From positions 640,001-704,000 of the forward strand of contig CAVSBO010000003.1 in the NCBI GenBank assembly GCA_963726195.1: DNA of 64,000 bases, given 5' to 3'. Of the stretch, positions 11,547 through 21,571 are shown piece by piece. Each line of letters opens with the position of its first letter. Positions within the stretch are counted from its first letter, which is position 1. The notes beneath the pieces are model-generated. The model did not search any database. It was not told the DNA's origin and saw only the letters and a program-made list of their open reading frames with translations. The DNA comes from Candidatus Thorarchaeota archaeon. GTDB lineage: Archaea; Asgardarchaeota; Thorarchaeia; Thorarchaeales; Thorarchaeaceae. Both the position numbers and the translations under genes were made by a program.

Positions 11547-11596
11547 ATAGTGCAGAACTGGATGTGCATTCGTTGGGCTTTCGGGAGTCTCTCAGC

Positions 11597-11785
11597 TCAG
11601 CTGCCCTGGTGCGACTTATCTCTCGAATAGCCAGCAAGACGCCAGATGTACTCCCTGAGTGGCTCCGTTATTGCTCGGGGCTTGATGAGTTCGCCAGCAC
11701 TCGTCATCCTGAGCCCGAATCCGAGACTGGACAGTATATCTGAGCGTGAACTCCACTTGATTCCTGCCTTCCTTCGTCCGACCAT
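11597..11785 (-). CDS. possible small protein
   Basis: 62-aa ORF from ATG 11785 preceded by GGTG; fills the intergenic gap; no family recognised. Confidence 0.3.
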   Translation of the reverse strand: MVGRRKAGIKWSSRSDILSSLGFGLRMTSAGELIKPRAITEPLREYIWRLAGYSRDKSHQGS

Positions 11786-11892
11786 CGCGGGTGCACCCAA
11801 TCGACCTTCTGTGGTGTTGCGAGCCAAAACCTACATATTGGTCATGGGCTCGTGCGTGCACGCCGCTCTAACTCAATCAAGGAGAGTCTGCT

Positions 11893-13224
11893 ATGGTCAA
11901 GGTAATCCCGTTTCGGGCCTACAGATATGACAAGGCCAAGGTTAACGACCTCTCAAAGGTCGTGGCACCTCCATACGATGTAATCAAGGACAAGATGGTC
12001 GACACGCTTCAGTCGGTGTCCCCTTACAACATGGCTTGGATATCCAAGAACAAGCCGACCGGGACTGACAACGACTCGAACAACCAGTACACCAGAGCGA
12101 GAGACATCTGGAAAAAGTGGTTGAAAGAGGGCGCGGTGAAGCAGGATGCGAAGGAGTGCTTCTACGTCTACGGCCACGACTTCGAGGCCGCGGGCAAGAA
12201 GCTATTCAGGTTTGGGTTCATCGGTCTTCTAGAGCTTGAGGACTTTGCGACAAAGCCGCCAGCAAAGGGACCATTTGCGGGCGTGCTTCAGCACGAGGAG
12301 ACATTGCCCAAGGACATAATGGACCGTCTCAACCTTTGCAGGCAAACGATGACGCAGTTCGGGCTGATATTCGTGATCTATCCCGATCCAAAGCGGGAGG
12401 TCGATGCTGTGCTGGAACGTTACATCAAGAATGCACCACTGCTCGATGTGACCGATATGGAAGGTGTTCGACACAGGTTATGGGCAGTTGATAACCCTGC
12501 AGATACAAAGAGAATCTCCGAACTCATGAAGGATAAGTATGTTATCATAGCAGACGGTCATCACAGATACAAGACAGCACTCGCGCTGTCGAAAGAGAAT
12601 CCCAGCGTTCCGGCTGCAAAATACAGGATGCTCACATTTGTCAACATGGCCAATCCGGGTCTCGTGATTCTGCCAACACACAGGCTAGTCCAGAGTCTTG
12701 AGAACTTCTCTAAGCAGAAGCTCCTCGATGGTGCCAAGCAGGGCTTCGAGGTCAAGGACTTCAAGACAAAAGAAGAGATGTTTGCCGTCATGAGAAAGCA
12801 GAGCGATGCAAAGCGTCATGCCTTCGGTCTGTTCATAAACGACGGAAAGTTCTACGTGCTTACACTCAAAGACTTGTCTCTCATGGACAAGGTCGTCCCA
12901 GACAAGTCGCCGCAGTGGAGGAGTCTTGATGTCGCGATACTTCATTCGCTTATCCTCGACAAGGTTCTTGGCATCGGCAAGGAGAAGCTCGCCCAAGGTA
13001 CCATGAAAGGTGAGGGCTATGTCATCTACATCAAGGATGTCGGAGACGCAGTTGACGAGGCGATCAAGTCAGTGAAGGAGAAGGCTCAGGCAGTGTTCTT
13101 CATGAATCCGCCAAAAGTTGAGGAGGTCGAAGCGGTCTCTAGGAACTTCGAAATCATGCCACAGAAGAGCACCTTCTTTGCACCGAAGCTTTTCGACGGC
13201 TTGACAATGAACAAGCTTGCGTGA
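11893..13224 (+). CDS. DUF1015 family protein
   Basis: PFRAYRY, VAPPYDVI, QHEETL, IIADGHHRYKTA, MPQKSTFFAPK. Confidence 0.92.
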   Translation: MVKVIPFRAYRYDKAKVNDLSKVVAPPYDVIKDKMVDTLQSVSPYNMAWISKNKPTGTDNDSNNQYTRARDIWKKWLKEGAVKQDAKECFYVYGHDFEAAGKKLFRFGFIGLLELEDFATKPPAKGPFAGVLQHEETLPKDIMDRLNLCRQTMTQFGLIFVIYPDPKREVDAVLERYIKNAPLLDVTDMEGVRHRLWAVDNPADTKRISELMKDKYVIIADGHHRYKTALALSKENPSVPAAKYRMLTFVNMANPGLVILPTHRLVQSLENFSKQKLLDGAKQGFEVKDFKTKEEMFAVMRKQSDAKRHAFGLFINDGKFYVLTLKDLSLMDKVVPDKSPQWRSLDVAILHSLILDKVLGIGKEKLAQGTMKGEGYVIYIKDVGDAVDEAIKSVKEKAQAVFFMNPPKVEEVEAVSRNFEIMPQKSTFFAPKLFDGLTMNKLA

Positions 13225-13467
13225 GCACGTTGGCTTTGCCGCCAAGTCCTTTGCTCTTCCAAGACGACAGGCGATGCCTATGGACTTCGAGAGGCAGATG
13301 ACCCTGATTCATTTCTCCACTGGGTAGTGATTTTCTTTGGTCTGAGTGCCCAGACATCAGACCCCCGAGCATCTTATATCGGTCCTATTAGGGACCATGC
13401 TCAGGTACTAAGCATCCAAATCAGCAGCTTGCTGTGGATTTGCGTAGAACAAACCTAGGTGATAAGA

Positions 13468-14553
13468 ATGGGAAAGAGAGTGTATAACTTCAATGCTGGT
13501 CCTGCAGGATTGCCCCTGCCTGTTTTGGAAAAGGTCAAGGACGAGTTGCTCGACTATGCAGGAACTGGCATGTCTGTCTTGGAGATATCTCACCGCTCCA
13601 AGGAATACGAGAAGATCAATCAAGACTCCATTGACCTGCTACGCGCTGCCATGGGTCTGCCAAGCGACTACAAGGTACTCTGGCTGGGAGGTGGCGCTTC
13701 GTCGCAGTTCTTCATGGTTCCGCTCAACCTTCAGCTTCCGGGAAAGCCAATGGAGTACGCTGTCACAGGTGCGTGGGCTCAGAAAGCAATAGCTGAAGCA
13801 AAGTTCTATGGCGACGCAAAAGCTGTAGTCACTACAGAAGACAAGAAGTTCTCCTACATTCCGAAGAACGTCGCCTTCTCAGCTAATGCAGCGTTTGCTC
13901 ACATGACCATGAACGAGACAATCCACGGAGTGGAGTGGTCCTACATACCACAGGTACCGAAAGAGGTTCCGCTCGTCTGTGACATGTCATCTGATTTCTT
14001 GTCACGCGTGATCGACCCCAAGAAGTTTGGTGTAATCTACGCGGGCGCACAGAAGAACGTCGGACCTGCTGGCGTATGTGCGGTGATTGTCAGAGAAGAC
14101 CTCTTGAATCGAGTTCCTGAAAAGACGCCCTCGATGCTCAAGTGGAGCACACACGCAAAGGAGAACTCCCTGTACAATACTCCACCAGTGTTTGCAGTGT
14201 ACATTTGCAAACTCTGGTTGGAATACATGAAACAGATTGGAGGCATCCCTGCAATCGAGAAGATGAACGCCGAGAAGGCCAAGATCATCTACGACGTGAT
14301 TGACAAGTCCAAGGGCTTCTACAAAGGTCATGCGCAGCCAGATTCGAGAAGCCGCATGAACCTAACCTTCAGACTAGCGAATGAGCAGCTTGAGGACAAG
14401 TGCGCTAATGAGGCGACAGCCAAGGGCCTGATTGGACTCAAGGGACATCGGTCAGTTGGAGGCATGCGTGCATCTCTGTACAACGCTGTGACAATCGAGG
14501 GAACGAAAGCTCTCGCAGAATTCCTCAAGGATTTCCAAGCTAAGAATCAATAG
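13468..14553 (+). CDS. serC: phosphoserine aminotransferase
   Basis: YNFNAGPA, EISHRS, DMSSDFLS, YAGAQKNVGPAG (PLP Lys), GHRSVGGMRASLYNA. Confidence 0.96.
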   Translation: MGKRVYNFNAGPAGLPLPVLEKVKDELLDYAGTGMSVLEISHRSKEYEKINQDSIDLLRAAMGLPSDYKVLWLGGGASSQFFMVPLNLQLPGKPMEYAVTGAWAQKAIAEAKFYGDAKAVVTTEDKKFSYIPKNVAFSANAAFAHMTMNETIHGVEWSYIPQVPKEVPLVCDMSSDFLSRVIDPKKFGVIYAGAQKNVGPAGVCAVIVREDLLNRVPEKTPSMLKWSTHAKENSLYNTPPVFAVYICKLWLEYMKQIGGIPAIEKMNAEKAKIIYDVIDKSKGFYKGHAQPDSRSRMNLTFRLANEQLEDKCANEATAKGLIGLKGHRSVGGMRASLYNAVTIEGTKALAEFLKDFQAKNQ

Positions 14554-14565
14554 TGTACAACTGGC

Positions 14566-14595
14566 AGTAGGAGCTGACCTCGGGTCTCTCCTACT
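14566..14595. terminator. hairpin between convergent genes
   Basis: AGTAGGAG...CTCCTACT stem with an inner GACC-TCG-GGTC, followed by a T-rich tract. Confidence 0.55.
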
Positions 14596-14685
14596 ACCTG
14601 TCTTCTTCTGTGCTTAGAACCAAGACTATAACGTAGTGTCCGAGATTATGGTGTTGGATTTGGAATGATGGCCCAATCCGTCCCA

Positions 14686-15051
14686 TTAGCTGGACTTGCG
14701 CTTGCTTGAGAATACGGAAACAGCGTTTTCAAGCAGCCTCTTCATGTCATCAACTGCTGAACCATCGATGACTCCTTTGTAGGTGCGTCTCATGAGAGAG
14801 CCGCTAGCTTTCACGCCCACGTTTCTCATGCCGTGACTCTGGAAAAAGCCTTTCAGCGCCGATACAATGGGTATTAGAACTCCACCCGGCAGCCTACTTG
14901 CCACCAACTCTTTGCAGCACTGACAATCCAAAACCACGACTGTGTTCGCTTCATCCACAAGGACTTGCACAGGTATCCGGATGTCGGATTGTTTGCTCGA
15001 TCGGGCAGTCCCATTGTTTAAGCGGAGTGCGAAGCTGGCAACCTGTTTCAT
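14686..15051 (-). CDS. hypothetical protein (CxCC motif)
   Basis: 121-aa ORF; LDCQCC; no family recognised. Confidence 0.55.
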   Translation of the reverse strand: MKQVASFALRLNNGTARSSKQSDIRIPVQVLVDEANTVVVLDCQCCKELVASRLPGGVLIPIVSALKGFFQSHGMRNVGVKASGSLMRRTYKGVIDGSAVDDMKRLLENAVSVFSSKRKSS

Positions 15052-15164
15052 GTCTTAGCCCTTCGTCAGGCTCGACTTCTTGTCTTGGTTTTGGCGTCTA
15101 GGCGGGCAGCGCTCGTTGGCCACCCGCCCGCCAAGGTGAACTAAGGCCAAATCAACCTGCCTGT

Positions 15165-17808
15165 TTAGGCTGGCGCTCCGGACGCCCTTTCTTCGCCAGA
15201 ACTGATGGGACTGGCACTGGGCTGTCGCTTCGAACGCCTTCTCATCGCCAGAACCGCTGCGATTAGCACAAGGACCACTATAATCCCGACGAAAATCGCA
15301 ATTCTGAAAATGTCAGGACCGGGTTGCGTGGTCGTTGTATTGGTCGTTGACGATTGAACCTTGTACCAGTACTCAGGTGAAACGGCCCAGTTATTGAGCG
15401 TGTCATTCGCGAGAATCCTGTAGGTTACATTGGTGTCAGCTGGAAACGAAGGAATCGTCCCAATATAGAATGAACCCGCAAGGGACATTGTCATATTGGT
15501 CCACTTGAGACCATCGTAGAACCGGAGGGTCACTTTGCTAACACCCGAAGCGTCAGTGACAGTCACGTTCACAGTCACAGTGTCTGCAGATGTAGGCGCG
15601 GATGGCTTGACGTGCGGAACTCCAATTGAGGGCGGTGTCAAAGCGTAGGTCACTGCCGCTGAAGCGTTCAGCTTGCCAAAGCCCCACTTCTCGTTCGGCA
15701 CAGCTCCCGTGAATGCATCGACTCGAGCACTCATCTCAACAATGGTTGAGACCTGGCTTCCTGCAGATGGCTTAGCCTGAAGGATTAGAGCAGCACATCC
15801 CGCGACGTGGGGTCCTGCAGCGCTCGTTCCACTGAAGAGACGATATCCACCAAACGCAGGATTCAGGCTAAGGACACCGTTGGCATTGAACCATGCTTCC
15901 CAAGTGGAGGCGTTAGTGTAGTCTGATATGATGTCCATTCCGCCAGGCGCGGCAATGCTTTGCTTAATGACACTATCAATCCTTGGACCAATGCCAGAGT
16001 AGGAAGCAATGTCACCAATAGTACCTCCCAACAAGTTACGAGTGTGGTAAGATGCCACACTGATTGCTGAGTCTGCAGTCGACGGCCAAGTTATCTCATA
16101 TTCATTAGAGTGATCCGTCATCCAAGTGACGCCGCCGCTCCAGCTACTCTGGTCGTCAGCTATGAAGCATTGGAAAGTGGACGTGACCGGCGGAGTGATA
16201 GCCAACTGATGGAACGGAGGGACTCCAGCGGTAGTTGGTATGGGTTTCGTTGTTGTCCAGATGTGGACCCCAAGCATTCTCGTTGACCGAGCAGATGTTG
16301 ATATGAAAGACTCAACCCAGAGAGTTCCTCCGTCGACAGCGAACCCCTGCACGACGAAATTCTTGTATCCATTTCCGGGAGTGAGAGGGAATTGAAGAGG
16401 AGGCCCTACGATTCCCCACGCAGCGAAATTCATGACCAGCACGAAGCTGCACTGTGAGAAGTTCGTATTGTCACGACACAAAACAGTAATCCAGATGTTC
16501 CAATACTCAGGTGCCGGAAGACCGGGCACGTCGAAGTCCACTGCATGCTGATTGCCGCCAATGGTTGTGAACTTCGCATGCTTATCGGTGCCACCCAAGT
16601 TGCCGCTAGGGACTATGACAGGGATTCCGCCGCTTGTTATCGTGTCAATCATCGTCTCCGCTGCAGAGCAACTCCCGCTGCCGTCAAGGTAGTGATATAT
16701 CCAAGAACCGATTTCAATCAGAATCACGTCGGCTCCATGATTGACGGCCCAAGTAAGACCCTCCTCTATCGTGAATGTTGTGTTTGTGGCGCCCAAGACC
16801 TTTATCATCATGAGCTCTGCGCCCGGAGCAACGCCTACGTAGGTCCTGTATCCAATCTGACCGCCGAGCAAGATACCTGACACAGCGGTGCCGTGACCAT
16901 CGGTGTCTTCATGTGTGCTTACCGTCAGGTTGATTCCTCTCACCCAGACTTTGATACTGCGCGCCGGGGTGCCATCTCTCTCGGCGATGTATTTCGTCTT
17001 TGGTGTGCTGAGCATCACAAGCGTCTCGCCAACATCGAGTTTGCCGTTATGATTCGCGTCGTTAACGACAAAGAACGGTTCGCCTATTTGGGGAATCCCA
17101 TCCTGCGAGATATTCTCCGCCCATATCCAGTCAATTGATGCATTGAAGACACCGTCATGCCCAAGGTCGATGAACCTGAGAGTCTCGTTGGCGGAACCTA
17201 CGCCATTTCGATTCAGGTCAATGAAGTCAGTGCCATTGGTTGGCTTTCCATCGCCATTCTGATCAATCCAGTTGTAGGTGCCCCCGTCTGCAAACCACAA
17301 GTCGGGGTGTTTCCAGTCCACTCCCGTGTCCAAGTCTGCGATCAGAACGCCCTTACCAGTAATGTTGCGACCAAGCCCGTCTAAGGTCTTCCAGACATCA
17401 TCGGCCCCGATCTCAGGAATCGAGAACATCCCTGGGAGAGGTGAGCGAGTCTGAAGAAGTCTGGACAGCAGCGTAGGTGAAGAGACCTTCGACTGCCAAT
17501 CTCGCAAGACTCTTGGCATCGCCCCTTAGAAGATAGAGGTCACCAACGGAACTCTGACTAGGATCTCCAAAACTGAAGTGTACACCCAGGGACTGGAGCT
17601 TAGAAACCACATCCGCAGAAAGCGGTGACGAGAATCTTACAACCACGGGTATCTCACTGCCGTACGTCTTGGCCAACGCCTCAAAGTCCGGCATAGATGC
17701 CTTCTCCGGGCCAGGTGCTGTAACAGACGAGCGAGGCAGAAAAAGAACAGGTACTATAGGTATCAAGAAAAGAATCACAATTAGCGTGCTCATTACTTTC
17801 TTCTGCAA
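15165..17808 (-). CDS. S8 subtilisin-like serine peptidase, membrane anchored (frameshift near 17425)
   Basis: Signal peptide and propeptide lie in ORF 17413-17913. The triad LDTGV / DGHGTAVS / GTSAAGPHVAG, an Ig-like domain, a Thr-rich linker and TM + RRRSKR lie in ORF 15165-17519. Confidence 0.88.
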
Positions 17809-17934
17809 AAAGGCCGCCTCCTCATTGAGAGGTCCACTCGATAACCAACACAGACTCAGTTGTCTGCAGATGCTGTGGCTATCTTTCCCACATATTAATT
17901 GTGCGACGACCAACAGTCCGCCGGTTGTCTGTCC

Positions 17935-18372
17935 TTACTTGACTATCAGCACAGCACACCCAGCCTTGTGAACTACCAAGTCGGTTGTGCCGCCGATGTG
18001 GGTCCTGTCTTCGCGCCCAAGACCTTGAGAGCCTATGACTATGATGTCTGCCTTTCTCTCCTTTGCAACGTGGACGATTTTGTCAGACGGTTCGCCTCTC
18101 TCCAGTATCAGCTCAATTTGCAGCTTGTAGCCAGAGGCTGCAGACTTGTAGCCCTCAAGCAACTTGTTACCGCTAGTGACGTATTGCTGGAGAGCGGACA
18201 GCAAGTCGGAACCCGATGATTTGGCGACCTGCTGAACTGTGCCAAGGTCAACTACATGAACTATGAGCAGCTTGGCCTTGGTCATCTCTGCAAGCTCAAA
18301 GGCCACTGTGGCTGCTCTGGCGGCGTTTCTGCTGCCATCGACGGGGAGGACGATGGTCTTTATGGTACTGAT
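17935..18372 (-). CDS. universal stress protein
   Basis: In-frame extension (I)STIKTIVLPVDGSRNAARAA; LLIVHVV; GEPSDKIV; ADIIVIGSQG; IGGTTDLVV. No canonical start codon upstream of the PVDGS motif. Confidence 0.9.
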   Translation of the reverse strand: MSTIKTIVLPVDGSRNAARAATVAFELAEMTKAKLLIVHVVDLGTVQQVAKSSGSDLLSALQQYVTSGNKLLEGYKSAASGYKLQIELILERGEPSDKIVHVAKERKADIIVIGSQGLGREDRTHIGGTTDLVVHKAGCAVLIVK

Positions 18373-18588
18373 GAGCTGCCCGGCTCCCGGTACAGAATGT
18401 CTTGCATAACCGACTTACATTCGTATTATGTCCTCAAATATCTTGCCTTTCTTAGAAACCATGATTGTCGGCATGAGGACGGGCGATGCGACAATCTGAG
18501 GAAGTGGTCCTACAGCTGATTGTGGAGAAAAGCAAGGCACCCACTCGTCGACGCATTTCCGAAGCTTTAACTGGCGAGACCAATCCAA

Positions 18589-20085
18589 ATGGAAGTCAGT
18601 GATTCCCAGGGGACGTATTTCTTGACGAATGTTGACCTGATTGATTATCATGAGAAGAAGGAATACCCGAGTCATAAGAAAGCAATAGCTGCTATTCTTG
18701 TTGTCTTCGGTGTATTCGTTACTATCGGAGTGTATTCGGTACTGCAACTTTGGGAGCAATATGGCAGCCAAATTCTGCCTTTCATTCAGGGTCTCCCTTT
18801 GCCGAGCATCCTAACTGCTAACCGCTACAGCATAGCGTTGATACTCGGTGGCCTGATTCTTCTCAGCGTGCTGGTTGCTATGGGTGCATCAGCTCTGGCC
18901 AAGAAGCTGGGAGGAACCCTCATCTACGTTGGTGCATTATTCATGAACCTGATGACATGGGCGGTGGTCATCATCGCCGTGGTGATGGGGGATGTTCCGC
19001 TGAGCGCCCTCGCCGAGAACTGGCCCATCATGATACCGGGATTCTTCACTCTCTTCATAACTATCTTGCTGTTCACTGTCTTCAGAGACAGAATCCGGCG
19101 AGCTGGACAACTCATCAAGCTGACCGGGAAGGTTTGCCTTGATGAAAAGGGAGTGTTCGTTCCACCGCTGTTTACGATGGTGTTCACTCTTGTCTCAGCA
19201 GTGCTATTCGGAGCAATCGTTTTTGAGTTCACGCCGATTGATGTGATATTGGGCAACCAAGCTTGGTCCGTGGACTCGGCGGCATCCGTTGGTATACCCC
19301 TGCTCCTGTACCTGTTCACAACCATCTTCTTCTACAACCTTGCTTACGGGGCTAGCTCGGGAATGGTGTATATCTACATGAGAGGGAGAGACCCAACTCT
19401 CGGCGATGGAGTGAAAGCATCTCTTGGTGTTGTCGCTGGTCTGGCGGCGTTGGCTGTGATGAGCGTCATTATAGTGCTCGTCAGAATTGCCCTTCAGCGC
19501 GGCGGACGTCAGGTTGGAGGAGCAGGAGGAGAAGCCGTTGGCAGGGTCGCAGGAGGTGTCATTGGCTGGATATGGGCACTTGTGAACTTCTTTACAATTC
19601 CTGCCATGGTTGCTGAGGGAGTCGGTGCGAAGGCGGGAATCAAGAGGAGTGCAGGTCTTGTCAGAAAGAACTTTGTTGACGTGATGATCAAACAAAGCGC
19701 AGTGCGCTGGGCCTTCGGTGTACTCGCACTGATTTTCTTCATCGCCTTTGCAGTTGGCGGTGCAGCCATCGGATGGGTTCTGTCGGGTGGCGACATCGTG
19801 AATACGCTGATATTCGCGGTCGTATTCATCGTGCTCGCTGCGATTCCGTGCACACTCGTGTTGCGCACATTCGACATCGTCTATGTAACCCTCCTCTACG
19901 TTTTCATTCGGCGGCAAGAAGGGGAGATTACTGGCAACACGGCACTTTCAGCCGATATGAGCAGAGAACTTGAGTCGTCATACAACGCTGCTAGACGTGG
20001 CGGCAGGCTAGAGAAAGTCCTGTGGGCGATGGCCTCAGACCATCGCCCCATCTTTTCATCATTAATCATCGTCCTAAGAGTATAA
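18589..20085 (+). CDS. polytopic membrane protein, choline-transporter-like (CTL/SLC44)/DUF6159-like
   Basis: About 10 TM segments; RDRIRRAGQLIKLT, ASSGMVYIY, NFFTIPAMVAEGVGAKAGIKRSAGLVRKN resemble CTL-family blocks. Confidence 0.6.
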   Translation: MEVSDSQGTYFLTNVDLIDYHEKKEYPSHKKAIAAILVVFGVFVTIGVYSVLQLWEQYGSQILPFIQGLPLPSILTANRYSIALILGGLILLSVLVAMGASALAKKLGGTLIYVGALFMNLMTWAVVIIAVVMGDVPLSALAENWPIMIPGFFTLFITILLFTVFRDRIRRAGQLIKLTGKVCLDEKGVFVPPLFTMVFTLVSAVLFGAIVFEFTPIDVILGNQAWSVDSAASVGIPLLLYLFTTIFFYNLAYGASSGMVYIYMRGRDPTLGDGVKASLGVVAGLAALAVMSVIIVLVRIALQRGGRQVGGAGGEAVGRVAGGVIGWIWALVNFFTIPAMVAEGVGAKAGIKRSAGLVRKNFVDVMIKQSAVRWAFGVLALIFFIAFAVGGAAIGWVLSGGDIVNTLIFAVVFIVLAAIPCTLVLRTFDIVYVTLLYVFIRRQEGEITGNTALSADMSRELESSYNAARRGGRLEKVLWAMASDHRPIFSSLIIVLRV

Positions 20086-20124
20086 AGCAGGGTAAGGTCA
20101 ACAAACGGAATCGAGGGAAAAACA

Positions 20125-21147
20125 TTGGAACCAAAGACAGCTGCTGCTAATGCCCTTGAGGCGGTGCTGGAAGCGAGAACAGGAGAATCTCTGTTAGTTG
20201 TAACAGATGATGTGAGAAGCGATGTTGGCAGAGCCTTCGCGCAAGGGGCGCTCGAGCTCGGTCTATGGACAAGAATGGTTGTGCTGCCTACTCAGGAGAA
20301 CACATTCAGATCGGCCATCCCTGAGCATCTCACAGAAATGATCAACTCAGCAAACCAGCCAGACATATTCGTCAACACGCTACGAGGGCCATCTCAGGAG
20401 ACCCCCTTCAGAATCAAGATTATCAACCTTGAAACAAGAAAGGGTCGTTCCAGATTGGGGCACTGCCCGGGTATCACAATGGACATGCTCACGGATGGAG
20501 CATTGGCAATGACCAAGGAGCAACATGCCAAGATGCAAGGAGAGGCCCGTAACCTCCTCGCTCTTCTACAGGATGTGGCCTCAGTTCGTGTGACTGCACC
20601 AGCCGGTTCGGATTTCACCCTCAGCGTGAAGGGTCGTACTTGGTTCTCGGATACGTATGTAGACTGGAAGACCATGAAATGGATGAACCTTCCCACGGGC
20701 GAAGTTCTAGTTGGTCCCGTGGAGACCGCAATGCAGGGAACGCTCGTCTGCGACCTAGCATATGGAGGAGGCGCTGGAGCGCTCAAGAAACCAGTCAGAA
20801 TCGAAGTGAAGAACGGACGCGTCATGAAACTCGACACTGACGACAAGGAAGTGCTCAAGGCGATAGAGCAGACACAAGCGACTGATGAGATGGCCAAGCA
20901 CGTAGGCGAATTCGCAATCGGTCTCAATCCAAAAGCGAGGATTGTGAAGGAGTTTCTTGAGTCAGAGAAGATTGGCAATGCGATCCATGTAGCGTTCGGT
21001 AACAACATGGACTATCCGGGTGTGGTGGCGAACAACTCTGCCACACATCAGGACTTCCTTGTTGGCAAGCCGACAGTGACTATCACTTATGCGGATAGCC
21101 GATCAAGAGTCGTAATGGAGAACGGTGCTCTTCGGACCAAAGAGTGA
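20125..21147 (+). CDS. M29-like (thermophilic metallo-) aminopeptidase
   Basis: NLPTGEV, GEFAIGLNP, ESEK, IHVAFGNN, SATHQD. Confidence 0.88.
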   Translation: MEPKTAAANALEAVLEARTGESLLVVTDDVRSDVGRAFAQGALELGLWTRMVVLPTQENTFRSAIPEHLTEMINSANQPDIFVNTLRGPSQETPFRIKIINLETRKGRSRLGHCPGITMDMLTDGALAMTKEQHAKMQGEARNLLALLQDVASVRVTAPAGSDFTLSVKGRTWFSDTYVDWKTMKWMNLPTGEVLVGPVETAMQGTLVCDLAYGGGAGALKKPVRIEVKNGRVMKLDTDDKEVLKAIEQTQATDEMAKHVGEFAIGLNPKARIVKEFLESEKIGNAIHVAFGNNMDYPGVVANNSATHQDFLVGKPTVTITYADSRSRVVMENGALRTKE

Positions 21148-21161
21148 ACGCAAGCCCAAGC

Positions 21162-21416
21162 CTAGAAGAATGTGCCGCCGCTTGTATTTCTTGGGGACAT
21201 GAAGTACCAAAGGATGTTCATTGAGAGTAGTACGATTACAAGACTCCAGAGAATAACAACCATTCCGCCTTCTCGACTGAATCTCCAAGAATAGATACCG
21301 ACTCCCGCAACCACTAGGCCCATGACGATACCTACCTGAGGCGCAAGTAGGGCAATCGGGAAAGCCACAGCACCGAGGATCAATCCATAAGCGAATATCT
21401 CGTTGTGCTTGGCCAT
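21162..21416 (-). CDS. small membrane protein
   Basis: 84 aa with three hydrophobic segments; GGAG upstream. Confidence 0.6.
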   Translation of the reverse strand: MAKHNEIFAYGLILGAVAFPIALLAPQVGIVMGLVVAGVGIYSWRFSREGGMVVILWSLVIVLLSMNILWYFMSPRNTSGGTFF

Positions 21417-21571
21417 CAGCCCATCTCCAAGTGCGTTCTGATTGTCAGCTGTCTATTGCATATTCAAGTGACGAACTACCTATTACACTGTCGTATCGAA
21501 GCAGCAATCCAGATTAACAAGAACAACGGAAAGCTTCGCTCGATAGGACGGATCTGAAAAGGCAACCGCCT

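Noticed and set aside
19204-21008. Long antisense ORFs (e.g. 19204-19917, 20394-21008, and many similar across the window)
   Set aside because: They are shadows of well-supported genes on the opposite strand and have no motifs.
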